From Octopus sinensis (Eukaryota), in the NCBI RefSeq assembly GCF_006345805.1, contig NC_043010.1, forward strand, positions 60,140,001-60,204,000: a DNA stretch of 64,000 nt. Reading direction: 5' to 3'. Under the pieces are notes generated by a model. It was given only the letters and a program-made list of their open reading frames with translations. It ran no database searches and was not told the DNA's origin. This document shows, in pieces, positions 39,111 to 51,844 of the stretch. Numbering within the stretch: position 1 is the stretch's first letter; every line of letters begins with the position of its first letter. Made by a program: the position numbers and the translations under genes.

Positions 39111-41944
39111 CCCTCCATCTTATCTCCTGCACCCAGCATGCATCTACTCACTTCTAGTTCTAACATATCTTCCTTTTATCCAGCCAAAATTAGTGGGATC
39201 AACTGACTTTTTCAACTGACAAGAAGACTATAATCTCCAGTGACGAGTGAGCTGTCTGATGCTTATTTTCTGCCTGGAAATGGGGAGGACTGATACAATC
39301 ATTCAATGATAGTTGGAGAGTTCTTACATATGGCCAAACGTTTCCAGTCAGCCTCCCCCATCTCATATGCTGTGCCAACATATTATCAGTCTTTTATCGA
39401 CAACGCTTAGGAAGTCCAAGGGAGATAACTATATGTGACCTCTAAAAGAGGGATGGCAATATTCTAGTAAAAAACTTAATTACTTTTAAATTCATTATTT
39501 CGAATTAAAAAGTTTTCACTTGAAATTCTGAGTATTAAATGTCTCAACAAATTATGTGCAACAGTTTAATATTCAGTGTATTGTCAACAGTATTTTCAAA
39601 ATAAAAGTATGAGTTAACAGAAGAAGTTAAAATTTAATTCAGTTTAAAACAATATTTTTTTGTGAAAGTTCTACAACAAACCGTGGTGAAAATTGTCTGA
39701 GTGAGCATATCAAGATATAAACATATACCAGTTGATATATCTAGATATCGAAATGCTCCTGAAAATAATTTCTAAATGAATAAAGAGAATGTTTCAAAGA
39801 ATTCTTGATGTGATAATCTTTTAACATTGTAAATATCTATTTGATTTTAAAAATGGTTTCTTCTAATTTATTGATTTATTGAAAAGGGCCTATAATTAAG
39901 GGAAGGTAAAATGGTAACTGTAACATTAGTAGAATAACTGAATGCAACCAAGAATTAAATTATAATTTATTTTTGCATTAACTCTTGTTCTATGATAATA
40001 TGTTTAACAAAAACATACTAAACCCTTTAAAATAATTGAACCAAAAATAGAGACTATGTGGAAGCTAGAAATAACAGTTAAACCTTCCTTCAATCACATT
40101 CTACAATCTTAAGAAAAGAAGGAGAGATTGGACAAAGTAGTTGCTGATAAAATAAAAACAGGATCATTATGGTTAGTAAGACTTTGATCATAAATTTTCA
40201 CAATCAGGGGTTACACAATGACTTAAAAACAATTTTCTGCAAAAATATTACTTTCACTACTATGCCTGAATTGTAAAGGGTTGCTCCCCTTTATCCAAGA
40301 GTAAGAAAAGGGGGAAATGAATTTACAAAATCCCCATTGTTAATTTGTATCTTGTCTTTCCTCTTTTGAGTCTCTCTAAGAATAAAATCAATCCACAAGC
40401 ATTTAATCATATAATAATAATAACAATAAAATAGCTTTAGCACACTTCTATTGCAAAGCAGCTTCTCCATTAATGTTGTACGTAAATCTTTATTACTTGA
40501 CACCGAGTCTCATACTGTGGTTATTTTCATTTTATCAAAATCAATATCTACTACTTCTGCTATTAAATATGTCATTCATTTATTATTATTGTGTTTAATA
40601 TGGCTTGAAACATATAACTCATGAATAATAATTTTTTGTATTTATTTACTTACTATTTCCTGATTATTATGAAATACATTGAAGTATATTTTATAGCCAC
40701 CAAGCAAAGAAAAACATTTTTTGACATGATACATTTTTTATTCATAACCTTATAGCTACAAAAGTCTCTCTTAATAAAAAGAAAATGTGATCAAAGTGAA
40801 GAAATAGAAGTAGGGTTCATTCAGTGTTGCACCCTGCTCCTGTATTATTAACTAATCAGAAGAAATATTTGGCCTAATATTAACAAAAACCTTTTCAAAT
40901 GAAAACAACCAAAACAGTGTTTTCTACAGAGATAGTTAATCATTTAATGTTTGTGCTCATGACATCGTCACCCTCATGTAAAAGACAGTATGTGGCACTT
41001 CACTGAGAAGGAATATATTTTATTGTATTTTGCTTATTTTGTTTGATATATGTTTCTACTGAATTTTGGTTTTCTTAAACTGTAGCTTACTGGACAAATT
41101 TTCAAAAATTGCTTCTAAATTTGAAACTGAAATAAATGGCAATTTCTATTTTCATTGGTAATCCTTCAAAAAATTAATTCAAACTTCCTAACTTCAGAAG
41201 TTTCTCAGTTACCAAAGCAGACACTAAACTTCCTTGCTTCAGTCACTTCTGAGACACTGAAGTATCAAATCAATCTTCGGAATGGAGGCTGATATATAAA
41301 TAGTAGTGGTGCAAAATAACATGTGCAGACTTTGCAGCTATGTTGCTTTGAGTTCAATCCTTCTTGACAGCACTTCATACAAATGCTTTTTACATTAACC
41401 TCAGGTTAACTTAAGCCTTGGGAGTCAAATTTAATTCACTGTTGACTTCACAGAAATCAATATCCCCAAATTGGAAGACTCACTTTAAGGTGGAAACAAG
41501 ACTTCAAGGTCTATGGCCCAGTGCATAAAAATGTATTTAACTAGCTTCATAAAATACGCAAAATATCAGTTGGAATAAATTTCAACTGATATTTTAATAA
41601 ATATTTATTCAATGAAAGAATTTATAAGATTGCATGCTTCTTTTTTAATAGAAATAGTATATAATCTGAGAGAACAGAACTTAAAATCATTGAAAATTAC
41701 CCATGGTATAAGCTCCTTGTAATATCAAATTTATTTATGATGATATCAAATATCTACATGGTAATAATGACAAAATATAAAGCTCTATATCTGACCTTGA
41801 TAATGAGAATGATGAATAGTTATGGAAATGATGTGAAAAGCTTACATTTAGTATCTGAAATATTTTTATGACCATAAAAATATTTTATGACTATACAAAG
41901 AGCTTAGTGGAAAAGGTTACAGATTAATAAGCAATATCACCATT

Positions 41945-42170
41945 ATCATCATCATAATCATACTTTAATGTCTATGTTCCATACTGGCATGGGTTGGGCT
42001 ATTTGACAAGGATATAGTGAATTAAGAACTGCATTGTACTCCAGTGTCTGCTTTGGCATGGTCTCAACAGAGGGATACCCTTTCTAACACCAACCACTTT
42101 ACAAGGTGCACTGGGTGTGTTTTTTCTGTTACCAGCACTATTGATGTCACCATATAGGTCACAAGTCAAC
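41945..42170 (-). mobile_element. RTE-tailed SINE
   Basis: (CAT)n..ctttaatgtc..ttccatactggcatgggttgg..tgctttggcatggt. Confidence 0.7.
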
Positions 42171-42879
42171 AAACCCAAGGAAGGATGTTAAATGGAGGTT
42201 AAAGTATGGAGGGAAGAGATTGGAGTAGAGAGTATTCTTGCTATAGAGGAGCTACATGGCTACTTACATTTAGGAGAAAGAGTGAGAATGAATTTAGAAG
42301 TAATCCAAGGAGGTAGGCAGTAGTGAAGAGGTGTCCAAGTGGAACATCAGTTAGCAGTAGTGGATGGTAGGGAATGGGGGGGGGGTACAAGATTGTGTGA
42401 GGAAAGCGATAGGAAAATTTGGGAAAGGAAGGTGGGCAACATCTGTAAAGATTAAGGGGAGAGAGGGCATGAGTTAAGGAGGCTGCAAGGATATTAACAG
42501 TATGGTAGTAATGATACTGTTGACAGGAGAAGAAAAAGGGAGATGACATGTTTGGGTAGGCAGCAGGAGAGAAGTAGATAGATTAAGAATAATATATAAG
42601 GGGAGATAATTTGATGGGCCAAGAAGGTGGAATGATCACTGTAAAATGAGTGTGGAGAACAATATCAATGTCGAACGAGATGATTCTGAGTAGCAAGTGA
42701 GAAAAGGGTTATCTATATGGTAGGGGAAGGAAGCTGCAGTGGACGATATTGTGTGTGTGGGGGGGGGGCATAAAACGGGGTTGATGGAGTGCTTATATGT
42801 GCATGAGTATCTATCTATCTATCTATATATATGCATATACAACACACACACGTATGCATATTTATGCAGTGCTTCTAGA

Positions 42880-43360
42880 AGTCAGTTTCATTATGAGGAG
42901 TAGGTTTTCAAGAAACTTCAAACCACCAGATAACCAAGTCTTTGTCATTTCTTCTGAGGTTCAGGATCCTCAAGTCAGCCTTCACTACTTCATCCCATGT
43001 CTTTCTTGTTCTCAAGCTCCAGCCATGTTTAGTGATTAACACTTCTTTGCACAGCTGTCCTCATCTATATGCATCACATATCCAGACTAGTATCGCCTTC
43101 GTTCTGGCACACTACACCCAATTCTTCTTATTACACAGGCTTTCTATGACATTCATGCACACTTTCATTGTACATTCAATGGAGCATGCTAGTTCATTTC
43201 TTTCCAGTCTTCTCATGTCCTCTGCTGTCAAGGCCCATATCTCATTTCTCTACCACGTAGCATTGCAGTTCTAACACAAGCATCATATAATCTGCCTTTC
43301 ACTCCGACAGAAAAGAGCCTTGTTGCCAGTTGTAGTAGTAACTCCCTGAACTTTTCATCA
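42880..43360 (-). mobile_element. RTE LINE 3' fragment
   Basis: KFRELLLQLATRLFSVGVKGRLYDACVRTAMLRG, same family as 46-48 kb. Confidence 0.75.
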
Positions 43361-43854
43361 TCATCATCATAATTCATCACCACCACTACCACTGTCAGCA
43401 CAACCTCAACCACAACTATCATCAGCATCATCTTTTATGCCTGTTTACTTATGTTTGCATGAGTTTGGCAGTTCTTCTCAAGAGTAGCTGATCACCTTTG
43501 AAATCTCTTTTGTGAGATCCAGTATTCTAAGATCAGACTTTAGCACTTTTGATGTCCTCCTCAGGTTTCTTCTTATAGCATTTGCTATTTCTTCACAAAA
43601 CTATCATTCTTTGTACACATCTCTATGCCTGCCGGCAGTCTTCTCTCTCGGACTCAACAACTGATTCTTTTGTATTAGTTTGGTCTCACAATTCATCTAT
43701 GCTCCTTTGATCATTATTTTAAGTGGATACTAAAAGTTTTCATTGTTATTTGCAAAAGAGAACTACATGAAAAAATGACAGAAACATTCACCTGTTGGGT
43801 TTCCTGAAATGAACACATGTATGCAAATATGTGTACATGTAGCATGCACATGTA

Positions 43855-44907
43855 TCACATGAATGCAAGTGCACCCCTTGGAACAAAGGGCCAACATGAA
43901 ACTTTGTGTTAAACTTGGGAAGTCTGCTACAGATATCTTGAGCACCCTTCAGCAAGCTCATGGCAAGGTTACAGTAATGAAGCAATGGGTCATATGCAAA
44001 TTTCAAATGGTACAGGTGCTTCAAAAGCAGAAGGCTGTCCTTGAACACAATGAGTGATCTGGAAGACCTGCCACAAGGGTCACTCCTGGAAATGTGGAGA
44101 AAATTCATCACTTGTGCATGAGGATTATTGGAGGACAATCAATGACATCACTGATATTGCCAGTCTGTTGTATGGGTCTATGCAGGCAATCCTAACATCT
44201 GAATTGAATATGTGGCATGTCACTGCCAGGACTGTCCACCGTCTGCTGACCACTGAGCAGAAAGAACATCATATTTAAGTCAATCTAGATCTCCATCAGT
44301 GTGCCAATGATGACCCATTCTTCATGTTGAGGATCATCACTGGTGACGAGAGTTGGGTCAACAGGTACAACCCCGAGAAGGCATGACAGAGTCGCAGATC
44401 AATCAAGAGGTGGCACATCCTTTTTTTCCGACATCCATCGTATTCTGCATCAAGAATTCATCCCCTAGGGCCAGACTGTCAATTGGAGTTTTACGGCAAT
44501 GTTTTGAAGAGTTTCAAGGAAGACATTTGGCGAAAGCAACCGAATCCGTGGAGCATGAAGAATTGATTCTTCACAGCAATACACCCTGTCTCTGGGTTCT
44601 CCTCACTCAGGAGTTTCTCACCAAAAGCAACACAGTATTGCTTCCGCAGCTGCCCTAATCTCCAGATTACTTCATCTCCTCCCCAAGATGAAAAGGCAAC
44701 TCAAAGGTCACCTTTCTAACATCATTGTCAAGATCCCAGGCAAGTCTCAGAAACTCTGAAACTTGCTTACAGAAAATTACTTCCAGGCTGGATTTCAGAA
44801 GTGGCAGAACACTGGAACCGGTATATTGCTGTGCAAGGTGACTAATTCAAAGGAGATGATGTTAAAACTTAAGTAATAGTCCAGGAACATTTTCATACCA
44901 GCTTGTA
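43855..44907 (+). mobile_element. Degenerate mariner transposase copy
   Basis: EQRANMKLCVKLGKSATD (HTH), SGRP, ITGDES-type motif and PQLP*SPDY; likely right TIR ending ...ttttcataccagcttgta before TA. Confidence 0.88.
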
Positions 44908-44929
44908 TATATATCCTCATCAGCTGTCT

Positions 44930-46138
44930 ATCAAGAGTTGACACTGACTGTTCTGTTCAGAAATTATCTTCAGCAGGCTTGCATGGGGCTACATGGTGTG
45001 CCCTTGCTCTGCAGCAGTGATGACATCTGTTGCAGGTGAAGTTACTTGATCCAACAAAGAAGTGATGCTCCTCAGGGGATCTTTTATATTCTCTCTCTTG
45101 TGTCTCCTCAGTGGCTGGAATTATGAGCTTCAGTGATCTGTACCATTCACCAGCGCCTTCTCCTCCCAAGTGTCGGGAGAAATACAGAAGTTTTTCATAT
45201 GTCTCTTCAGCATATCTCTGTATTGAAACCTCTGGCCACTATGACTTCTCCTTCCCTGTCATAGTTCAGTGTAGAAAACTGCCTTTCCTGCAAACATGGG
45301 ATACGAGGGCCTAACAGCAATAGTGCAGTACAAGACCTCAACATCAGAAATGTGATCCTGCCATCTGATATGCAAGATGGAGCACAGATGATGAAGTTAG
45401 ACTTGCATCAGGAACTTAATGTGCCTGCAGAAGCGTGCTATGCATTCCATGGTGTAGAGGTGGCAAAGGACCACTGCAGCACTGTACATCTTTATCTCTG
45501 TGTTGTAGGTGATGTAATGACAGCTCAAAAGACTCAAGAGAGCCAAAAGCCTTTACAACATGCAGTATTTACCTCTCAACTTTGAGGTCTGAAAAGTCAC
45601 TGCACTGTTAAGACAGGTAAAGGCTTTGGTGTACTTCAGGGGTTCTCCATATTCTGTCACTGGCTTGGGCTCTCTCAATCTATTAGAACATCTGGTGGGT
45701 GGGGGACTAGTAGAGCAGCTCAGTCTTAAAAGTGTTGATTTTGAGACCAAGCTGCACAAAAAAACTGCCCCACAGTGTGTTGGATATCCTCAATGCTGAT
45801 AACCATGAGAGCTGAGTCATCTGTGTATAGCAGCTCCCTAACACACATTCCTCTGATTTTGGTGGAGGCATGAAGACGAGCTAAGTTAAAGAAGGAAACC
45901 CCTTGTGCAGATTGACCCTCATAGTGTCATGCACAGCTGCAAAGTAAAGAGAGAAGAGTGCAAGGGAAAGTATGCACCCCTGCTTCACACTGTGATGAAC
46001 TGTAATGCTTTACTAAATTCTCAATCACCTGAGACTAGCCCTTTCATTCCTGGGAGGAACTGCTTGATGCTGTTAACAAGTTTTTCAGGACATCCATAAG
46101 TCACCAGCACTTTTCAAAAATTTTTTCAGTCTGCCATG
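44930..46138 (-). mobile_element. BovB-like RTE LINE fragment
   Basis: HGRL..SAGDL..VNSIKQ, GCILSLALFSLYFAA, LGLKINTFKTE and the 3' QRLQYRDMLKR-like motif. Abuts the + strand RTE head-to-head. Confidence 0.75.
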
Positions 46139-48915
46139 TCGGAAGGGGTTATAGCTACGCATGGGGTAGAAGACAACTAGACGCTTCTGAGGGACAACCT
46201 GCTGAAAGCCACTGACCAGATCTGTGGCTGGTGCAAAGTCCCCTCTCGACCTAAGGTAATGTGGTGGTGGAACAATATTGTTGACAGGGCTATTAGACAA
46301 AAGAAACCGGCTTGGAAGGCCTGGAAGAACGGTGGTAGCAGGGAAGTGTATCAGACTGCCAGAAGGGAAGCTAGGAGACAGGTCTATCTAGCCAGAGGGG
46401 AAGCAGATAAGAAAAAATTTGCCAATGTCCTGCGCCGTGAGGATGAAAGACTTGAGGTATTTCGTGTTGCTAGACAGTGTGTGAGAGAGAATCGTGACGT
46501 GGTAGGAGAGAAATGTGTTCGCAAGGATGACGGTTCACTTGCGCTAAATGAGGATGCAAAGAGAGAGGCTTGGAGACGCCACTATGAAAGGTTGCTGAAT
46601 GAGGAAAATGAATGGGATAAAGAGAGTCTGCCGAATGTCGACCCAACAGAGGGACCAGCAATCCGATTTAACAGTTCCTTAGTAGTTAAGGCAATTACAA
46701 GCATGAAAACAGGGAAAGCCCCAGGCCCATCAGGAATTACTGCAGAGATGGTCAAAATATCTGGTAGTGTCGGCTATAGCATAGTCACCCGTATAGTTAA
46801 CCAGGTGATACACGAATGAGTCATACCCAATGACTGGTGTAGCAGTATAATAGTCAACTGCTACAAAGGTAAAGGTGACACCCTAGATACAAATAACTAC
46901 AGGGGCATCAAGCTGTTGGATCAGGTAATGAAGGTTACGGAGAGGGTTATAGCCCAATTAATTAGAGAGAGAGTTAGCTTAGATGAGATGCAGTTTGGGT
47001 TCGTGCCAGGGAAAAGTACTACTGATGCTATATTCCTGGTAAGACAGCTGCAGGAGAAATACCAAGCCAAAGATAAGCCCTTGTACCTGGCTTTTGTTGA
47101 CATGGAGAAAGCCTTTGACAGGGTCCCCCGATCCCTTATCTGGTGGTCAATGAGGAAATTAGGGATAGATGAATGGTTAGTGAGAGCTGTGCGAGCCATG
47201 TACAGAGACGCTGCTAGTAAGGTGAGGGTTGGCAACGAGTACAGTGAAGAATTCCGGGTAGAGGTTGGGGTCCACCAAGGTTCAGTCCTCAGTCCCCTCC
47301 TATTTATCAAAGTCCTCCAGGCAATAACGGAGGAATTCAAGACAGGATGCCCCTGGGAGCTCCTCTATGCTAATGACCTTGCTCTAATTGCTGAGTCACT
47401 ATCAGAACTGGAAGAGAAGTTTCAGGTGTGGAAGCAAGGTCTAGAATCGAAGGGCCTCAGAATCAATCTAGCCAAAACCAAAGTCCTAATAAGTAGGAAA
47501 GTAGACAAGTCACAAACGCCTTCAGGTAGATGGCCCTGCTCGATCTGTAAAAAAGGTGTAGGTAGAAACTCTATAAGGTGCACCAAGTGCAAGCTATGGA
47601 CACATAAGAGGTGTAGCAATGTCAAAGGAAGGCTAACTAGGAAAATAGTTTTTGTCTGTGGCAGATGCTCAGGAGCAATAAACACTGAAAATGTGCAGAG
47701 ACCAACGTCTACCATGTTCCAGGAAGAAAAACTAGAAGTAGTTGATAGCTTCCGCTACCTAGGTGACCAAGTCAGTAGCGGGGGTGGGTGTGCTGAAAGT
47801 GTAACTGCTAGAGTAAGAATAGCCTGGGCAAAGTTTAGAGAGCTCTTACCCCTGCTGGTGACAAAAGGCCTCTCGCTCAGAGTAAAAGGCAGACTGTATG
47901 ATGCATGTGTACGCAAAGCCATGCTACATGGTAGTGAAACATGGGCCGTGACTGCTGAGGATATGCGTAAGCTCGCAAGAAATGAAGCCAGTATGCTCCG
48001 ATGGATGTGTAATGTCAGTGTTCATAATCGACAGAGTGTAAGTACCTTGAGAGAAAAGTTGAACCTAAGAAGCATCAGTTGTGGTGTGCAAGAGAGACGG
48101 CTGCGCTGGTATGGTCATGTGACGAGAATGGCTGAAGATAGTTGTGTGCAAAAGTGCTACACCCTAGCAGTTGAGGGAACCTGTGGAAGAGGTAGACCCA
48201 GGAAAACCTCGGACGAGGTGGTGAAGCACGACCTTCGAACTTTAGGTCTCAGCAAGGAAATGACTAGTGACCGAGACCTATGGAAGTATGCTGTGCATGA
48301 GAAGACCCGGCAAGACTAGTGAGGCCATAACCCGTGGCCCCTACCTGGGACGTAGTCAGTCCACTTGTGCATACCTTCCTTCTTTTGACACTTGTGAAGA
48401 CCTGTTGAGGCAAGTGAAAATCAAACCAATTCAAAATAGATGAACATCAATGGAATTTGTATCTTTGTGGTACCAGTGCCGGTGGCACATAAGAAAACCA
48501 TCCGAACGTGGCCGTAGCCAGTACCGCATCGACTGGCCTCTGTGCTGTGGGCACGTAACAAACACCATCCGATCGTGGCCGTTCGCCAGCCTCGTCTGGC
48601 ATCTGTGTTGGTGGCACATAAAAAACACCATCCGAGCGTGGCCGTCTGCCAGCCTCGTCTGGCACCTGTGTCGGTGGCACATAAACACCATCCGAGCGTG
48701 GCCGTTCGCCAGCCTCGTCTGGCACCTGTGTCGGTGGCACATAAAATCACCCACTACACTCTCGGAGTGGTTGGTGTTAGGAAGGGCATCTAGCTGTAGA
48801 AACACTGCCAGATCTGACTGGTCTGGTGCAGCCTTCGGGCTCCCCAGACCCCAGTTGAACCGTCCAACCCATGCTAGCATGGAAAGCGGACGTTAAACGA
48901 TGATGATGATGATGA
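46139..48915 (+). mobile_element. 5'-truncated RTE LINE (RT with PHD finger) plus long SINE-like 3'UTR and (GAT)n tail
   Basis: ORFs 46259-46819 and 46916-48319 are in one frame, split by a single TGA. Motifs: GKAPGPSG, NYRGIKLL, QFGFVPGKSTTDAIF, FVDMEKAFDRV, GVHQGSVLSPLLF and YAND (catalytic YADD mutated). No endonuclease domain. Confidence 0.96.
48480..48770 (+). repeat. About 60-bp tandem units inside the RTE 3'UTR
   Basis: About 4-5 copies of ggtggcacataaaaaacaccatccgagcgtggccgttcgccagcctcgtctggcacctgtgtc. Confidence 0.9.
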
Positions 48916-49529
48916 TGATATATATATATTGTGGGAAAGCAATGGCGGTGCATCAGCATGGCCGCAGCTCTGAGCTGAAACTACAGAAAAAATATATTTA
49001 CACACACACACACACACACACATACACACATATATACACAAGTCTGTATGTATGCAAGTGTTTGTTAAGTGATAAATTGGTTGAATCATTCGTGTGTTGT
49101 ATAGAATGCATCGGGGTTTTCAAATCTACACATTCAGTTCAAAACCTGTAAAGGGCAACTTTGCTTTTCATTCTTTCAGGGTCAATAAAATAATACCAAT
49201 CCAACGTAGTAGGTCGGTAAAACTGTAAGAGATTTCAGTGAATGGCCTTGCAGGATTTGTTCTGGTCATTTGTATTCTGACAACAACACCCTTGACAACA
49301 CTGATGTTGAGCTATGTTCACCCAAATCAGAGATCTTGGATAGAAATCCGAGATCATGCAGAGAGTTCTGTGTATATAGATGACTGCTAGTCTTCTTCAA
49401 AGCGTTATTGCTCAGGCCTGCACATACATGTGCAGATGCATGGTCAGCAGTGACTGACAGGAGCCATGTGTATATGAATGTGCAGTACATATGTGTGTAT
49501 GTAAGTATATTCTCATCTATTTTTAATAA

Positions 49530-49831
49530 TTTCAAGACTTCATTATGCCAAGTGCACCAATAACCACAGGAATAATTGTTACCTTAGTCTTCCAGTCTCT
49601 TCAGCTCTCTGGCTACATCCATTTCTCAATTTTTTTCAATTTCTTTGGTATCAACTCTGTTATCATAGGAAATTGCAGACGTTTATTTATTTCATCCTCT
49701 CTAATCACATTCGGTCTTCTTGCTTCAGTAGTTATGATCAGTCTTTATGGGTAAGTCCCATGAAATCCTGTAATTTTCATTTCTTATCATAGCTTCTGGT
49801 TCATATTCATACCAATTTTCTATTGTTATTA

Positions 49832-49869
<38 letters not shown>

Positions 49870-49870
49870 T
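49530..49870 (-). mobile_element. R4/Dong-like 3' fragment adjoining (TAA)n
   Basis: ENWYEYEPEAMIRNENYRISWDLPIKTD and PVVIGALG; (ATT)n at 49830-49870. Confidence 0.7.
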
Positions 49871-50194
49871 GCATGTTTGTTACAATCACAAGCTGAGACA
49901 CACTTAACGTCCTCGAGTGAGTGAAGGACAAGAGATGCTACAGTATATCCTAATTTTGGATCTCTTCTTGAGTTTAATTTAGTAACACAGATGTCAATAC
50001 TACCCTTGGCACTGCAAAAACATCATGGTATATGGTCTTACTGAATATGATATATGGCCATACTGAATAAGTACCAACTCTGACGCAATTTCTGAAGTCT
50101 ACTAAAGTATTACTTTGTTACTCTCTGGCTTTAGTACTAACATATGCACTGATAGCTGGGTTATATGTATATTGTATTGCTTGTAGATATTTCT

Positions 50195-50393
50195 CTTTTA
50201 CTCTTTTACTTGTTTCAGTCATTTGACTGCGGCCATACTGGAGCACCGCCTTTAGTCGAGCAAATCGACCCCGGGACTTATTCTTTGTAAGCCCAGTACT
50301 TATTCTATCAGTCGCTTTTGCCGAACCGATAAGTGACGGGGACGTAAACACACCAGCATCGGTTGTCAAGCAATGCTAGGGGGACACACACAA

Positions 50394-50443
<50 letters not shown>

Positions 50444-50610
50444 ATATACGACAGGCTTCTTTCAGTTTCCGTCTACCAAATCCACTCACAAGGCATTGGT
50501 CGGCTCAGGGCTATAGCAAAAGACACTTGCCCAAGATGCCACGCAGTGAGACTGAACCCGGAACCATGTGGTTGGTTAGCAAGCTACTTACCACACAGCC
50601 ACTCCTGCAC
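50195..50610 (-). mobile_element. tRNA-derived SINE with an internal (CA)/(TA) microsatellite
   Basis: tcttttacttgtttcagtcatttgactgcggcc...ctgaacccggaaccatgtggttggttagcaagctacttaccacacagccac; near-identical family members at 62.1 and 63.2 kb. Confidence 0.85.
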
Positions 50611-51480
50611 CTATAATAATAATTATATGTATAATTATTTCATCACTATGCAGATGATTCAAAAGTTCCTTTTGCATTAATATAAAACAAGATCATTTGA
50701 AGTCAGGAGAGCCTTTGTATCTGGTTGTTTTATTGTTCCTCTCTCTATCCCTCCCTCCTATCTCCTTTGCTATAATCTTTGCCCACCTCCTCCTTATATT
50801 CATTAAACCCCTTCTAATCCCAGTATACTCCCCTGTCTCCATTGACTGCTACTATTCAGAAATTCTGGGATAGCAGGTAGGTCCATTGCTGTACCATTCT
50901 TATTGCCTGCTACTTGGACCACCACAGATAGTAAAAATAAGGACACCTAAACTATTTAACCGGATTACTGTTATCTTAATATACCATTTTTAGGACAATG
51001 AATATTCCCCTATCTTTTAATAATGATGTTCCTCTAAAATATATATAAAAAAAAACTATATATATCAATGGATATTTACAATAAAAATAGCAAAGATAGT
51101 ATTTAAAATATATTTTTTTAAATGATGGCAAAATAAAAAATCAAATTTCTAAACATCATTTATATGTTAAAAGAACTTCTAAATTACCCTGAATATTAGC
51201 AAAGTATATAAACATCAGTGAGTAAATTGCCAAAAAAAAAGCCAGTGCATTTCAAATGAATTTCCTTGCAATATTTGTTCTGTACTCAGTTATAGATATT
51301 CTCATTTCAAGTTTGCCATCAGAAATGTAACAGACCTGTTATAGTTCATTATTTATAAGTTTGTAATCAGCAATGCAACTGCTCATCAATTGTGATATAG
51401 AATAAAATAAATCAAATAAATATTCCTCTCTTTCCATCATGAAGGGTCAGGAGAGGAATAAGGTATCCTTTTCTATTCAG

Positions 51481-51609
51481 ATTACATCCTTTAAAAAAAA
51501 TCATCGCTTGCTGATTGGTTATTTTGGTATTGATGCAGATACTGTTTGCTTCTCTCACACTCAGACACTCCTTCTTCAACGACTTAAATGGATGAAATCA
51601 ATATTATAA
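51481..51609 (+). CDS. Putative terminal exon ITSFKKNHRLLIGYFGIDADTVCFSHTQTLLLQRLKWMKSIL*
   Basis: Acceptor tatccttttctattcag|; 42 open codons in phase 0, matching the 30846 donor. Confidence 0.4.
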   Translation: MTSFKKNHRLLIGYFGIDADTVCFSHTQTLLLQRLKWMKSIL

Positions 51610-51627
51610 TAAAATAGACTGAAATAT

Positions 51628-51844
51628 TCTTTTCTACTATAGGCACAAGCCCAAAATTTTGGGGGAGGGGGCCAGTCAATTAGATCAACCCCAGCATACA
51701 ACTGGTACCTAATTTATCGACCCCTGAAAGGATGAAAGGCAAAGTCAACCTTGGTGAAATTTAAACTCAGAATGTAAAGACAGACAAAATACAGCTAAGC
51801 ATTTTGCTGGCGTGCTAACGTCTTCTGCCAGCTCCCTACCCTTT
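51628..51844 (-). mobile_element. tRNA-derived SINE with a 14-bp target-site duplication
   Basis: TSD atagactgaaatat at 51614-51627 and 51845-51858; same family as 8825 and 11905. Confidence 0.9.

Noticed and set aside
40110-41158. Two phase-compatible exon candidates (KKERLDKVVADKIKTGSL; LLDKFSKIASKFETEINGNFYFH)
   Set aside because: Cannot be joined to the main chain without unseen exons; chance occurrence is likely in AT-rich DNA.
48480-48770. Regularly spaced 60-bp repeats resembling a CRISPR array (also 52570-52760)
   Set aside because: No unique spacers, the whole unit repeats, it lies inside a retroelement 3'UTR in eukaryotic DNA, and there are no cas genes.
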